Shown here in pieces: positions 36,360 through 47,587 of a DNA stretch of 64,000 nt; position 1 is the first letter of the stretch, and every line of letters starts with the position of its first letter. A program made the position numbers and the translations under genes. The stretch is from the NCBI GenBank assembly GCA_037447605.1, contig CM074815.1, positions 806,001 to 870,000 on the forward strand. The letters are read 5' to 3'. The stretch comes from Zygnema circumcarinatum SAG 698-1b. Taxonomy: Eukaryota > Plantae > Zygnematophyceae. The notes under the pieces are model-generated. The model searched no databases and was not told where the DNA came from. It was given only the letters and a program-made list of their open reading frames with translations.

Positions 36360-37997
36360 CGATGCAGGTCCCATGCTCGTAGTTCGGTCTGCGGTTTTAC
36401 TTGACGAGAGATTGTGTCCAACGTGGATGCATCCCATTCGCTGAAAACCGTGTTAGCCAATCGAACAAGAGCTTCATCTCAGAAATTGGAAAGCAATCGA
36501 GATCTTTACCTTCCCTGTATTTTAGTTGTTTTTTAGTTGGAACCTTCAAAGTTTTGGAAAGCTGTACTGTAGATTTGAAAGTAGATAGCAGATCGGACAT
36601 ATAATGCTTGTAAGGGCACCAGACTAACCAAAGGGAAACAAAGTCAGTTATGTGGTTGTGCACTTCCACTCCACTCCCTCTACTGAAAACCCAAGCTGGG
36701 GCACCACCTAGGTTTGTGCTTTGGCAAGCTGTGAAAGGTCCATATCGGAAGCCCCTAATTGCCGAGACCGGTTACGCCTTCACGTCATATCTGAATTGGA
36801 AAACCCTGTCCTGATATTCATACGTTTCTGATATGGTCATGATCACAGACCAAGCATGGCCATGCCCGCAGGGAATTCCTACCATTTGCACAGACGCAAA
36901 GTGCATTGTGTTCTGCAACAAAAAGCTTTCAAAGCTTGCCTCACATCGGTGACCTTCGCGGCTGCTTCTAGGGCTGCGTTGTTGTGCCTAGGCGTAGTTT
37001 TCCGCTCCTAGCTTCGTTTTATTGTGTTTCGGTCCTTTGTGACCAGTCCTTCGTGGTTCCACATTTTGCCTTTATCCATGTAAATTTGATGGCCTCGCCA
37101 TCGCGAGTTCAATGAAAGTTTGCGTTGTGTTTCAAAGCCACGCACTGTACACTGGAAAGTCTCTGGGATGTGTCCTCGCCTCCACGCCTGGTGACCGTCA
37201 AATGGCCTTCCGCCCGCGCCACGTGGCCGTGTTTCCGGGCCCGCCGCGACGTTTCCACGCCGTTTCACAGCGACACATGGACGCGCCGTAGAGCGTTGTA
37301 CGAAAATGTAACTAACTGGCTCCAACGCTCCTCCCTCCTTGCGTTTTCCGCAGGTTTTGGGCTCAACTTCAAAGACTTACATTGCAATGCAAACATAGTC
37401 TTCATCTGACACGCATTTTTCATTCCAAAGGAAAAAAAACAACATCAAATCAAACGTCCTCATTGCACGGTAGCAAGTTACAGCAATGTGGAACTAAGAA
37501 AAGTCGAATGTTTACGCAAGTGATGCAACACTAATGGGGTTGCAACTACAACGCTAATTATTTACGGAATGACTGAATCACGTGTCCTATTCCGTAGCGC
37601 ATGCAGGCATCATCACCTCGCCTATAGGACGAGTGATGTCTCCTTCTAACACTCCTCTGTCCTCTACAAATGAAAGACTGAAAGAAAAACTAAGGGCAAC
37701 TGTCCATTATTCAGCCCACTTTAACTTCTCTAATCGCGGACATTGAACCCAACACTTTCCTAAACGGGGCTGCTTACAATCAATCAATCAATCAATCAAT
37801 CGCGTATATCTACGGTACCAAATCACTTCACACCGCCCTCTAAAATTCGCCCTACTCCTCTTCTGCCTAAACGGACACTCTTCTAGCCAGCCAGCATCAT
37901 CAGCCCTCCTCGCATCCCATTTCTGAGCAGCCATGGCCGCCTCCCTCCCTCCAATCCTTCCTCCCTCCCCTCCTTCCTCCCTCCCTCCGTACTCGCT

Positions 37998-38345
37998 TCA
38001 GTCATGAAGCCTGCGGTGCTTGTACGGCTGGAAGGGCAGGTGGAGGGTGGCGAGAGCGATGAGCTGAGCGAGGACGAGGAGAGGGAGGAGGAGGAGAGAG
38101 AGGGGCGGGGAGGGCAGCGGCGGGAGGAGAGGGGGGAGAAGGAGAAGGAACGCGGCGCAGAGCGCCATGGGGAGGGCAGACCATGGCGGGAAGCTCTCCA
38201 GGAGGGAGAGGGAGGGAGAGGATTGTGCATGGCTGTGGACACCTTTGGATCGCAGCGAGTGAAGGGAGCGTCCACCATTGGACCATTGGGAGGATGGTTG
38301 GGAGGATCGATCTGCCGAGGACGGCAGCCATGGCTGCTGCAGCAT
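37998..38345 (-). CDS. ARGOS/OSR-like small two-TM protein (115 aa, intronless)
   Basis: C-terminal ALCAAFLLLLPPLLPPLPSPPLSLLLLPLLVLAQLIALA matches the OSR layout TM1-PPLPxPP-TM2; size is typical of the family. Confidence 0.65.
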   Translation of the reverse strand: MLQQPWLPSSADRSSQPSSQWSNGGRSLHSLRSKGVHSHAQSSPSLSLLESFPPWSALPMALCAAFLLLLPPLLPPLPSPPLSLLLLPLLVLAQLIALATLHLPFQPYKHRRLHD

Positions 38346-38597
38346 GGAGAGGAGAGGAGAGGAGAGGCGGGAGGGATGGAGGCAAGAGGGAGGATGCTAT
38401 ATGTAACGATCCCCCGCTGCCGCGTGCCGTTTATTTCCACTCCTTCCCAGCTGCTTTGCAGTGAATCCACGCCTTGATCTTGAAGAGAGGAAGAGAGGCG
38501 AAGGAAGGGAGAGAGAGAGGAGATCGAGACGGAGAGTAAGATACGGAGGGTGACGTACGGAGGGTGAGTGGCAGGTCCTTATGAGCGGGAGAGTACA

Positions 38598-38660
38598 GTA
38601 TGTATGCATGTATGCATGTATGCATGTATGCATGCATGTATGTACAGTACTGTATGTATG
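38598..38660. repeat. (ATGTATGC)n 8-bp tandem array upstream of the ARGOS-like gene
   Basis: Seven ATGTA cores plus overlapping CATGCA RY motifs. Confidence 0.8.
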
Positions 38661-39032
38661 GATATCGTACGGCTCGGGGGAGAGGCCCGGGGCGGGCGCC
38701 GGCGAGTGGCGACGTGGCCCGCTGGGGGACCTCAGCTCGCGCCCGCCCGCCCGCGCGCCACGAGGTTGGGCCGCCCGGGGGACGCGGGCGGGCGGGCGGG
38801 CGGATGTCGGCGCTTGGCGCCAAAAGGTATGAGAATCTGAGAGATACGGTACTGTCCGTGTCGCCTAGCGGGGAGGGCCGATCATTGATATGTACGGACA
38901 AAAGAGGCAGATTATTGACTTTTGTGTCCGCAAGTCGTGTCTGTAGGTCGGTGGTAGACAGACGGGGTGTTGGCGGAAGGGATAAAGGTGTGGTACCGTT
39001 TTGTCGTGATGTTCGGACAGTGGAGTCGGCCA

Positions 39033-39216
39033 TAGGGATGGCCCGCGTTATAAATTCCGAATATATTATATAATTTACAACGGGTTTAAAATTAGTAATA
39101 TATTACAAAGTAAAACACTTTATTACATATATTATACCCACTCATTTTGAACAATTAACGACCGTATGACCTTACTCGTACGGTCGCACGGTCGTACCAT
39201 ACCAAAATTAGGTCGT
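39033..39216. mobile_element. Left end of a hAT-like DNA transposon or MITE, interrupted by the retroelement stack
   Basis: TAGGGATGGC terminus typical of hAT TIRs, AT-rich body and repeated ACGACCGTA/TACGGTCG subterminal motifs. Confidence 0.45.
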
Positions 39217-39859
39217 TGTAGCACAAGATAAGTGGGGTTAAAGAGGCTGTTGAGCTAGTTCTTGAGGTCTTGTCTGACCCACTGGCGGCGTCCGTCTTTG
39301 GCCCGATGAAGGGTTGGGTTGGTTACGTGGGTGCGCTGCGGCATAGAGCGGGGATCCGGAGATTCAGAAGTACTTGTAGCGTGGCAGTAGGGATCACGAA
39401 GATGTTCCCACTTAGGCCGAGAATTTTGGACCCGATCATAAGGGGAAACCTTTCCTTGGGGGCTCTCCTCCCCTGTCCTCCCCTCGGCTAGTCTCTTAGC
39501 TAGGCTTCTAGTTATCATTGGTCATTGGGAGGAATGTAAGGCAGGATATCACAAGATGGTAGCTTGGCATAGTGACAGCAAAGGGGAAACAAGACTCAAC
39601 TTAGATAAAGGTTGTATTTTGGAAAGTCACCCCAGCCAGCGGTTGGCTGGGGATTGTCATTACAATGAAAGTATCTTCTCACTGAAATCTTTGTCAGGCT
39701 GGGCTGAATGGGACGTCTAAATGCTATCAACAAGAAGACTCTTTCTCTCTCTCTCTCTCTCTCTCTATCTATGGCATGGAACTCTCTCTGTAGCGAAACG
39801 CTACAGTCACCCCAAGGGGGAAGGGTTACTTAGAGCCCGGCGTGGCTTTATGTTTCCAT

Positions 39860-39939
39860 CCAATGCGGTACCTAATGGTTAGGGCATCGGATACCCTATA
39901 GGACGACGGAGGTCCTAGGTTCGAACTGTAAGAACTGGT
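39860..39939 (+). other. tRNA-derived segment (A box/B box) inside the 5' LTR of element X
   Basis: TACCTAATGGTTAGGGCA D-arm/A box, GAGGTCCTAGGTTCGAAC T-arm/B box and a vestigial acceptor stem CCAATGC/GAACTGG. Confidence 0.65.
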
Positions 39940-39971
39940 TCACCCGTGGGGCCACCAGGTAGGCTTGGTGG

Positions 39972-41292
39972 TGTTGAAGCAGGGGTCTGCTCCCCACTTC
40001 CGGCGCCACCTCGGGTGTCGCCCTCCATTGGAACTTGAGTTCCCACGGATGAAGACATTCAAACACTCAAAGCTCTATCTTACTTCACTCATGACCAACG
40101 GCAGAATGAAGCTACAAGACAACACGGAAATCAAGATGAGAGAGTGTTAGGAGAAACACAGCTCTAAAACCACTTCTAGTGAACCCTCGTCCCCACAATG
40201 AAGTTCTCCCACCACTTCAAGGTCCCTCTTACTCACTACCTCACGACACAAGTGTATGCAGCCTAGGAGCACAAGCAGCAGGTTCTGAGTAAGACCCGAG
40301 ACTATGACAGAGTAGTGTAGGTGGATTGCTTCCCATAGTAAAACTACGCACTATATAATATGGCGTATATGACGTGGCGCATCATCAGCGTCCCACATGT
40401 GACTCCATACAGCTGTGATCTGGGTGGCGCACTCAAAGTGGCAACTCCACTCGGTCCCTCGTAAACCTGCGGCGGCGCCAACCTCGCTCTGTGGGTCGTG
40501 CATCCATCGTGCAGTTTCACCGTTCAGCCAGCGCTGCTCGGCAGGTGTGACCCGCGACATCTCGCATTACAGCTGGATGGCAGTCACATCGCAAGTGGTT
40601 GCGATGGCCTGCCAACCGCGCCAATCTCTTCATGTCGTTAGCAGCAGCTTCCAGCTCCGCGTCGCGTCAGGTCGCAGCGTCCGGCCGCTCCGCATCATCT
40701 TCGCGAGTCCGCTAATCGTCGATCGTCATCTTCCACTTGCTGTATCAGCGAGCCCAGTGGGCACGCTCGTCGTACTGCGCACTCGCGGCGCACTCACCAA
40801 AGTCAGAGCACCGACATTACTAGATCTAAGAGCACTACGCCTGGCCAGTCTCATGTCGAGTCAGTACCGCGCACTTAGTATATGCCATACAATGTCTAAC
40901 TATCATACACTAACACTAGCAATCCCCCTCTTGGGACTCAGTTCTTCATGGGCCCTAGCTCAATCAACTCACTGCTCACTAGTAGTGTCTCCCCGCTGAC
41001 CCCTTTAGTCAACATGTCTGCAGCCTGCTCTTTTGTTCCTACAAACTTCACCACTATCATCCCTTCCTCTACCAACTCTCGCACATAATGATATTGCACC
41101 CTAATGTGCTTGGTTCTTTTATGGAACACAGGGTTTTCCATAAGAGCTATAGATGACTGGTTGTCCGTAAAAAGAGTCAATGGTGTTTGTGGTCGCTTAC
41201 ATTCATCAAAGAAATGTTGGAACCACATCCCTGCCTGGCCTGCATGGCACAGCTCCCCATGTCCTCTCCTTCGAGTCTGGCAGCGCCACCGA
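39972..41292 (-). mobile_element. Ty1/Copia 3' end (3' LTR 39972-40914, PPT, RNase H)
   Basis: LTR TGTTG...TAACA; minus-strand PPT AAGAGGGGGA; RNase H LFTDNQSSIAL..FHKRTKHIRVQYHYVRE; truncated by the N gap. Confidence 0.88.
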
Positions 41293-41392
41293 NNNNNNNN
41301 NNNNNNNNNNNNNNNNNNNNNNNNNNNNNNNNNNNNNNNNNNNNNNNNNNNNNNNNNNNNNNNNNNNNNNNNNNNNNNNNNNNNNNNNNNNN
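41293..41392. other. Assembly gap (100 N)
   Basis: Run of N. Confidence 0.99.
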
Positions 41393-44052
41393 ATTTGAGA
41401 ATTTTTCACCCAAATTTTCCTCGAAAAATCGTCGAGGAAGGTGATGAAGTAGCGAGCTCCTCCACTCGTTGCCGGTGTCACGGGTCCACACAAATCGGTA
41501 TGAACCAATTCCAGTTTCTCTTGCGCGTGAAATGACTCCTCTCCACTCCTCGAGAAAGGTCTCCTGTGCGCTTTCCCCTCTACACACTCTTTGCAAAAGA
41601 AGCTAGCTCATATACCGAGCTAAATGCGGCGTCTAACCATGGACCTTTAGCAGGCATTTGCGGTCCCTGTAGTTTAGATGACCAGAGTACACGATGCGAA
41701 TTTCTGCCCTGGGTTAGAAGCCATACCTCATCTTCTTCTCTCCTATAATGAAGGTAATACAGGCCTCCCTTCTCATACCCCTCAAACAGCCGCTTCCCCG
41801 ACTCTAGGTGAGTAGCTACACAAGACTTCTCCTTAAAGGTGACTTCGTACCCCCTCTTACATACTTATTGCTGAGACATGAAGTTACATTTGTGAGAGTA
41901 TGAAATGCATAGATACGGCAACTCTTCTCTTTCTAGCTTCTTCCGTAGATGATAGAGCGTCTCGAGGATCATCTTACTACACCTCCTTTTATGCTTATGC
42001 TCCTCTCGATTTGTCAGGTGAGCAGTCACGGTCCTCTCAAGGTGTCCCGGCGTAGAACATTAAACATGCGCCACATGTCGCGTGGAGGCGCCCGGTCCCG
42101 ATCAGCCATGTGGCCTTCAGATCAGTAACCTGGATCTTCTGCTCATCGAGAATGTTAGAGTCCCGGCATGAGATTCGTCTCAGCGCCACTTTCTGCAATC
42201 TGTGCTCTTGTGGCCTCGCTATACATTTAAAGCGATTCCCTTGAATCCCTTCTTGGATGGCGATGCTCCTCCGCGATCTTGGGGTATTTGTTCTTGCTTA
42301 ACGAGTCGGCGAAGTGGCGATCTTCGCCTTACGTGTAACCGCCGCGGCTCGTAGTCGTTCCCCCATGATGCATCTCGGCGCACCTCCTCGTCCGAACTTG
42401 TAGGTAGTCTTGGCGCCGACACGCTTCTCCCTGCAGTGCCTCTCAACGTCTTGGGCAGTGTTCTCCTCATAGTCCTTACGTTTCCCTTTGCTCAGGTCAT
42501 CCGGTGTTACGTTAGAAACGATCTGAAAGTATGACTGCTACATCCATCGGCCGGGCAGTCCCAGAAGCTGGCTGATTTTGAGTCTCCCTCTAACGGTTTT
42601 TACTTATAAATCTCTCATTAGAGTATCAAATCTGACCATATATTCACTCGCTTCTCTTGAGGACATCTTCATTTTCCCAATTTGCTGATGTAAAGGCTAG
42701 CTATCGTTCGTTATCCTTCGTCATACATCTCCTCTAGCATCTCCACATAGCATGTGAAGTCTCTTAAGGTCATCTGACATGTGGAAGAGGGACTTCCCCT
42801 ACAGCTCATGGCGATGCGGGTGAGGGCGGTAATGCATGGCCGGGTCACTCCGTGGCGGCGGCCGGGGCTCGGCTGGCTCGCGTGGCTCCACCGGCTGCGG
42901 TGCCTTGATAGTGCGTCGGCGTACTGACAGCCCTTGCCCACGGCGAGGAGCGGCCCGCCATCTCCACCCCTTGTGGTCGAACCATGAACATTTGGGATCT
43001 TTGGGCTTCCGTGGTCTTCACCGCCACCTTGAGCTCGTACCACTTGTTGAAGCGGGGTTTTGCTCCCGCCGGCGCCACCTTGGGTGTAAGCCACTCCCAT
43101 TGGAACTTGAGTTCCCCGCGGACGAACATTCAAACACTCAAAGCTTCCCCATCTTGCCAACTCGCCATGTAACAACGAGAATGAAGCTACAAGACAAGCA
43201 CGGTGAAATCCGCAATGAGAGTGTTAGGCTTCGCGGCTCTAAAACTCCTTATAATACAAAGCTGTCTTCCCCTGATGAAGTTCTCCCTTCTTCAGGTCCT
43301 CCTACATCACTACCTCCACGACACACACAAGTGTGGCGGCCTAGCGGCAGCGGGAGACGCAGAGGCCAAGACCGAGACTATGACAAAGTAGTGTGGGTGA
43401 GTTGCACTTCCCCATAATAAAACTATGCACTATATAATATGGCGTGTCCGTGGCGTGACACACATGTCGCGTCGCGTCATAAATACAAGCTATACTGGCC
43501 CGAGTGCAGTACTTAGGCACTGAATAGCGGCAAACTGCGCATATGCAAACCTTCTGGCGGCCTTGACCTAGTTCTTATTAAAACAAATTACACTGTCTCA
43601 AATGCAGTATACAGCGTTTCGCCCGGCGCTCCTTCGGTCTTAGCCCGCTGGCAAACACCTGCGGCGCGTACACTCGAACTGGCGGACCCGGCGCGGTGGT
43701 CCACGTGGCGCATTCGGTTGCGCGCGGAAATATCTTATATGCGTTTCAGCAACTTTGCGCTCGCGTTTGGCGCCCGTAGCGCTGATGATCAAAGTTAACG
43801 TAGCGTCAGTACTTCGCGAATCCGTGGTATATAAAACCCGATCAAAGTTGTCGTCCAGTTCTCGCGCACGTATTATTATTGTAGCGTCAATCGGCCTTCG
43901 TTGGTACTCCGTATTTCGCGAGCACTCCACGAGTCGCCGCTGCAGGCATTCCTAAATCTGGGCACTACGCTGCTTGAGATCTCATGTTCTACAAGCGAGT
44001 ACCACAACAAGTTGAGTGTGTGCCATCTGATAATAACTATCATACACTAACA
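41393..44052 (-). mobile_element. Ty1/Copia 5' half (5' LTR ~43045-44052, PBS, gag, protease, integrase)
   Basis: Integrase VHTDLCGP..ARYFITFLDDFSRKIWV; degenerate Met-tRNA PBS next to the LTR; LTR homologous to 39972-40914. Confidence 0.85.
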
Positions 44053-47000
44053 ACGGTAGCGTTCGTCCGTACAATTAAGTGCAGTTGAATACGGACGGTA
44101 CTGTCCGGGCTGCGGCGCGTAGGATCGGCAGGTGTTTTTAGCGACGTCTGGCGTACGTCGCGGCGCGTGAATCGTTGGCGTTAGATGCGTTATTGCACCT
44201 CGACCCGTTCGGGTGGGGAGGAGGAACCGTGGCGGTCTGCCATTGGGCCGACCCTTGCTTCCCGATCACTCCATCTTTGGTAGGGTTAGAGCCCGGAAGC
44301 GTGAAGTGAATTTATTTGTCGTGACCCAATCCATGCCGGCATTAGGTTACACCCACTCTTGACTGCGCCACCCTCTGAAACTCTCTCTCTCTCTCGCTGA
44401 ACTCTGAGTGCTGGTGTGTTGTTCCGCGCAGGCTGAAGAAGAGGCGGTTTTCAGTCGTTACATTTGGTATCAGAGCCGCGTTGCGGCCTTCTCTATCGCG
44501 AGAACCTCGTGGGTCATGGTGACCACTCGCCAGTGGTTGGGTCAAACGAAGGGTTACCTTCTTGCGACCAACTGTCCCCCCCTCCAGTGGGTAAGCTTTG
44601 CTTACCCAGCACTTAGAGGAGCCGCATACCGTGTGTATGAGGGCCTCTCTGATGAGATTGGGGACGATTGGGATAAGTTCAGAGATGAACTTATCAAACA
44701 CTTTGGGGCCTTGGATCCCGGCTTGGAGCAGGGATAAATTCGGAACATGGTGCAAGCCGTGGGTGTGAAAGCGGTTTAGAGACTGCGTCGAGAAGTATTA
44801 CCTCAAATCACCACTCACAAGCTGAGCGAGGCTGAGTTGCTTTCACCGGGGAATGGCTTGAAGCCACACACGAGAGCTAGAACTTAACCCGCGGACTCTA
44901 CAAAATTGGGACCCGACTCACGAGTTGTACTTTGTCGCGGCCATTAGGTTGGACACACGCCCTGCGGGCGATGCCGGGCCACTTCCGGAAAGCCCAGCAG
45001 GGGTTGAAGCTTTGGTCGTGGAAGGCGGGACCCTCGGCTCTGCTAAGATGGCGAGGGAAAAAGAACAAGCGAGCGTAGGAAGTATTTGCCCAGCCACCTT
45101 TGCACGGCGCGAAGTTGCTCGGAGGAAATGGAGAGATGCAGCGGAGAACAAAAGTATTTCCTTCTTATGAGGAGAGCTAAGGCCGGGATTTTGCCCTCTG
45201 AACACCAAAAAGAACAAAAGGGGCAAGAGAGTAGGAAAACCCCAACCCACCGGCCGAGCAGGGGGAATTGCAGATTCTTTGGTGGACATCTTTAGGCTTC
45301 AAGGGGGAGGAATGGGGAACGCCATCAGGATAGGGGAGCTATTGTTTGCTTTAGAACCTCGGACATTCTTAATTTGGTGGGCAAGCCTTTGGGAGTGCAA
45401 GATCTCTTTGTGTTTGATGTACTTCCTTTTTCCATTTCTCTTTCCCCTGCCACTGTAGTGACTCCTTCTGAGTTTATGGTTGTGGTGATGCATAGTCGAT
45501 GGAATGTGTTTATCCTGATATTTATGAGTGGCGATGTCTTGGTGGTGTGCACCCATGGAGGCCATGCATGTCATGCGGGGCGCATCACTATCCCTTAGAG
45601 GCTACATGTCTTCAGTTCCTCGGCACTTGGCGGTTCACCCACTTTTCCAAGCATAGCTGGCGGTTGGTAGCTTGATTGAGAACTTCTAAGGATTGGTGGA
45701 AAGGATCCACCGATTCCTTTGGTTAGGTCCCCACACACGCAATTGTGGAGGGCGGCTGCGTCCTCGGCAACCCATATAGTCGATCTATGTTCCACCTTGC
45801 CCATTGTGCCATGACCTTCGTCGGGTCAGCCGATGGCCACCTAGCAATTATACTGCTAGATACTGGGGCAGATGCTAACTTTGTTAGTTACGCATTCACC
45901 GAGAATTTGGGTTGACCGCCAGATCCCCATTGAAAGTGTTGACACTTTTGAGGGGATGGGCACTTAAGGAGCGAGACCTGCAGTAGGCGGCGTCACACTT
46001 TAAAGATCAAGCTCAATGCTATAAAGGCGGAGTCCAAGTGTCTTACGACTCATCTGGCCCACAGGCGTGTTATTTTGGGGAGTGCTTAGTTAGCGAGGTG
46101 AGAGCCCAATTGGACTTTCAGATCCCATGTTAAATGCACTTGCAGTGGTGCGGGCAGTTACCCTGCACTGGCAGCTCCACATCCTGTATCAAGCAACTGA
46201 CCTCCTTATCTGCAGCAGCGTACAATGGGCAAGGTGATGAGGATTGCACCTTATTCATGGTGCATGTTATGGCAACCAGGATGTTCGCGACGAAGATCGA
46301 GGAGTGGCGATCACACCTACTAGCGTGCTCTCCCTTTGTTTCACTCCCGATTCGACCTCTGTTGGATGAATTGAGGATGTCTTCACGATGATCTTCGAAG
46401 GTTGCCCCGTGAGGGTGGGGCACACAATCCCTCTCTTGAGCACGAGCAAAAGCATGGCGACGATCCTCGGTTAGTCGAAAGAAATGAGGGGAGATGTGGC
46501 GGTTGTAACTGCGTGACAAGATAGAACTTGATCGAAGCCCTTTGGAAACCCATCTTATTCGTTGGGAAAAAGATGGCTGCGTTGAGGATATTGCATTGAT
46601 TATGTACTCCAGCAAGATCCTTGATAAGAAATCGATTTGCTTTACGTATGATGATCTGGTGGATGGTCTTGGCGCAAGTGTTTACATCACTTGATCTTGC
46701 TCAGGGGTACCATCAGATCCGCGTCACAGAAGCTGATGTGCCAAAAACTGCGTTCCGGACGCCGATTGGTCATTTTCAATATAAAGTGTTGCCCTTTGGA
46801 TTGTCTTATGATCCGGCCACTTTCCAGGCTGTGATGAACGAGATGTTCATCGTGGCATGGGCGAGTTTGTTTTGGTTTACCTCGTTGATATCCTTGTCTT
46901 GGTAAGGCGGGAGGAGAAAATCTTGAACTGCGTTAGGAAAGTGTTTGAGACCACGAAGCAATTTATGCCAGAAGGGAAGAATTAATAGAAGCTTCATGCA

Positions 47001-47587
47001 GCAGCGAGTTGCTTTATCTTAGGCATATCCTCGATGGGGTCTTGACTGATCTGCCAAAGTTCGGCGGTAGAAACTTGGGCGCCACCGACTGACTTGCATC
47101 AGTTGCGATCATTCTTGGGATTTGCAAATTATTTTCGTAAGTTCATCCAAGGGTTTAGTAAGTTGGTTACTCCCTTGACTAATTTGACACGTTCCGGTGT
47201 CCCCTTTGTATGGACCCCTGAGTGCCACGAAGCATTTGAGGGTGTCCGCCATGCACTTGTTACCGCACCCACTCTCCGTTTAGCGGACCCGTCCAAACCT
47301 TATGAAGTGGTTTGTGATGCTTCGGGGTTGCCAGCAGGTGCCGTCTTGTTTCAAGATGGTCAACCTACAGTATGAAAGCGCCAATAGATCGGCGCCCAGC
47401 TATTACGCAGCGAGCGAGGCTGCTTGTAGTGGTCCGCGCCACGAGACATGGCGGTGCTATTTAGAGGCAAAAGCGGTCACAACTGATCCCCTTGACCACG
47501 CCCGGCCAGCGTTTCTCTCTACCCGCGAGACCACATCACAGAACGCACTTGTGATACGGGGATTCCCTCAAAGAGTTTGGCCTTAAT

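Noticed and set aside
36770-36960. Small spliced minus-strand gene or snRNA
   Set aside because: The implied intron is only ~32 nt, the peptide ~20 aa, and there is no match to snRNA motifs I know
37883-38477. Overlapping alternative ORFs around the ARGOS-like gene
   Set aside because: They are shadow frames of CT/GA-rich sequence; only 37998-38345 shows a family motif
39860-39939. Functional tRNA gene
   Set aside because: The anticodon arm is not canonical, the T and acceptor stems are mismatched and there is no oligo-T terminator; reported as tRNA-derived instead
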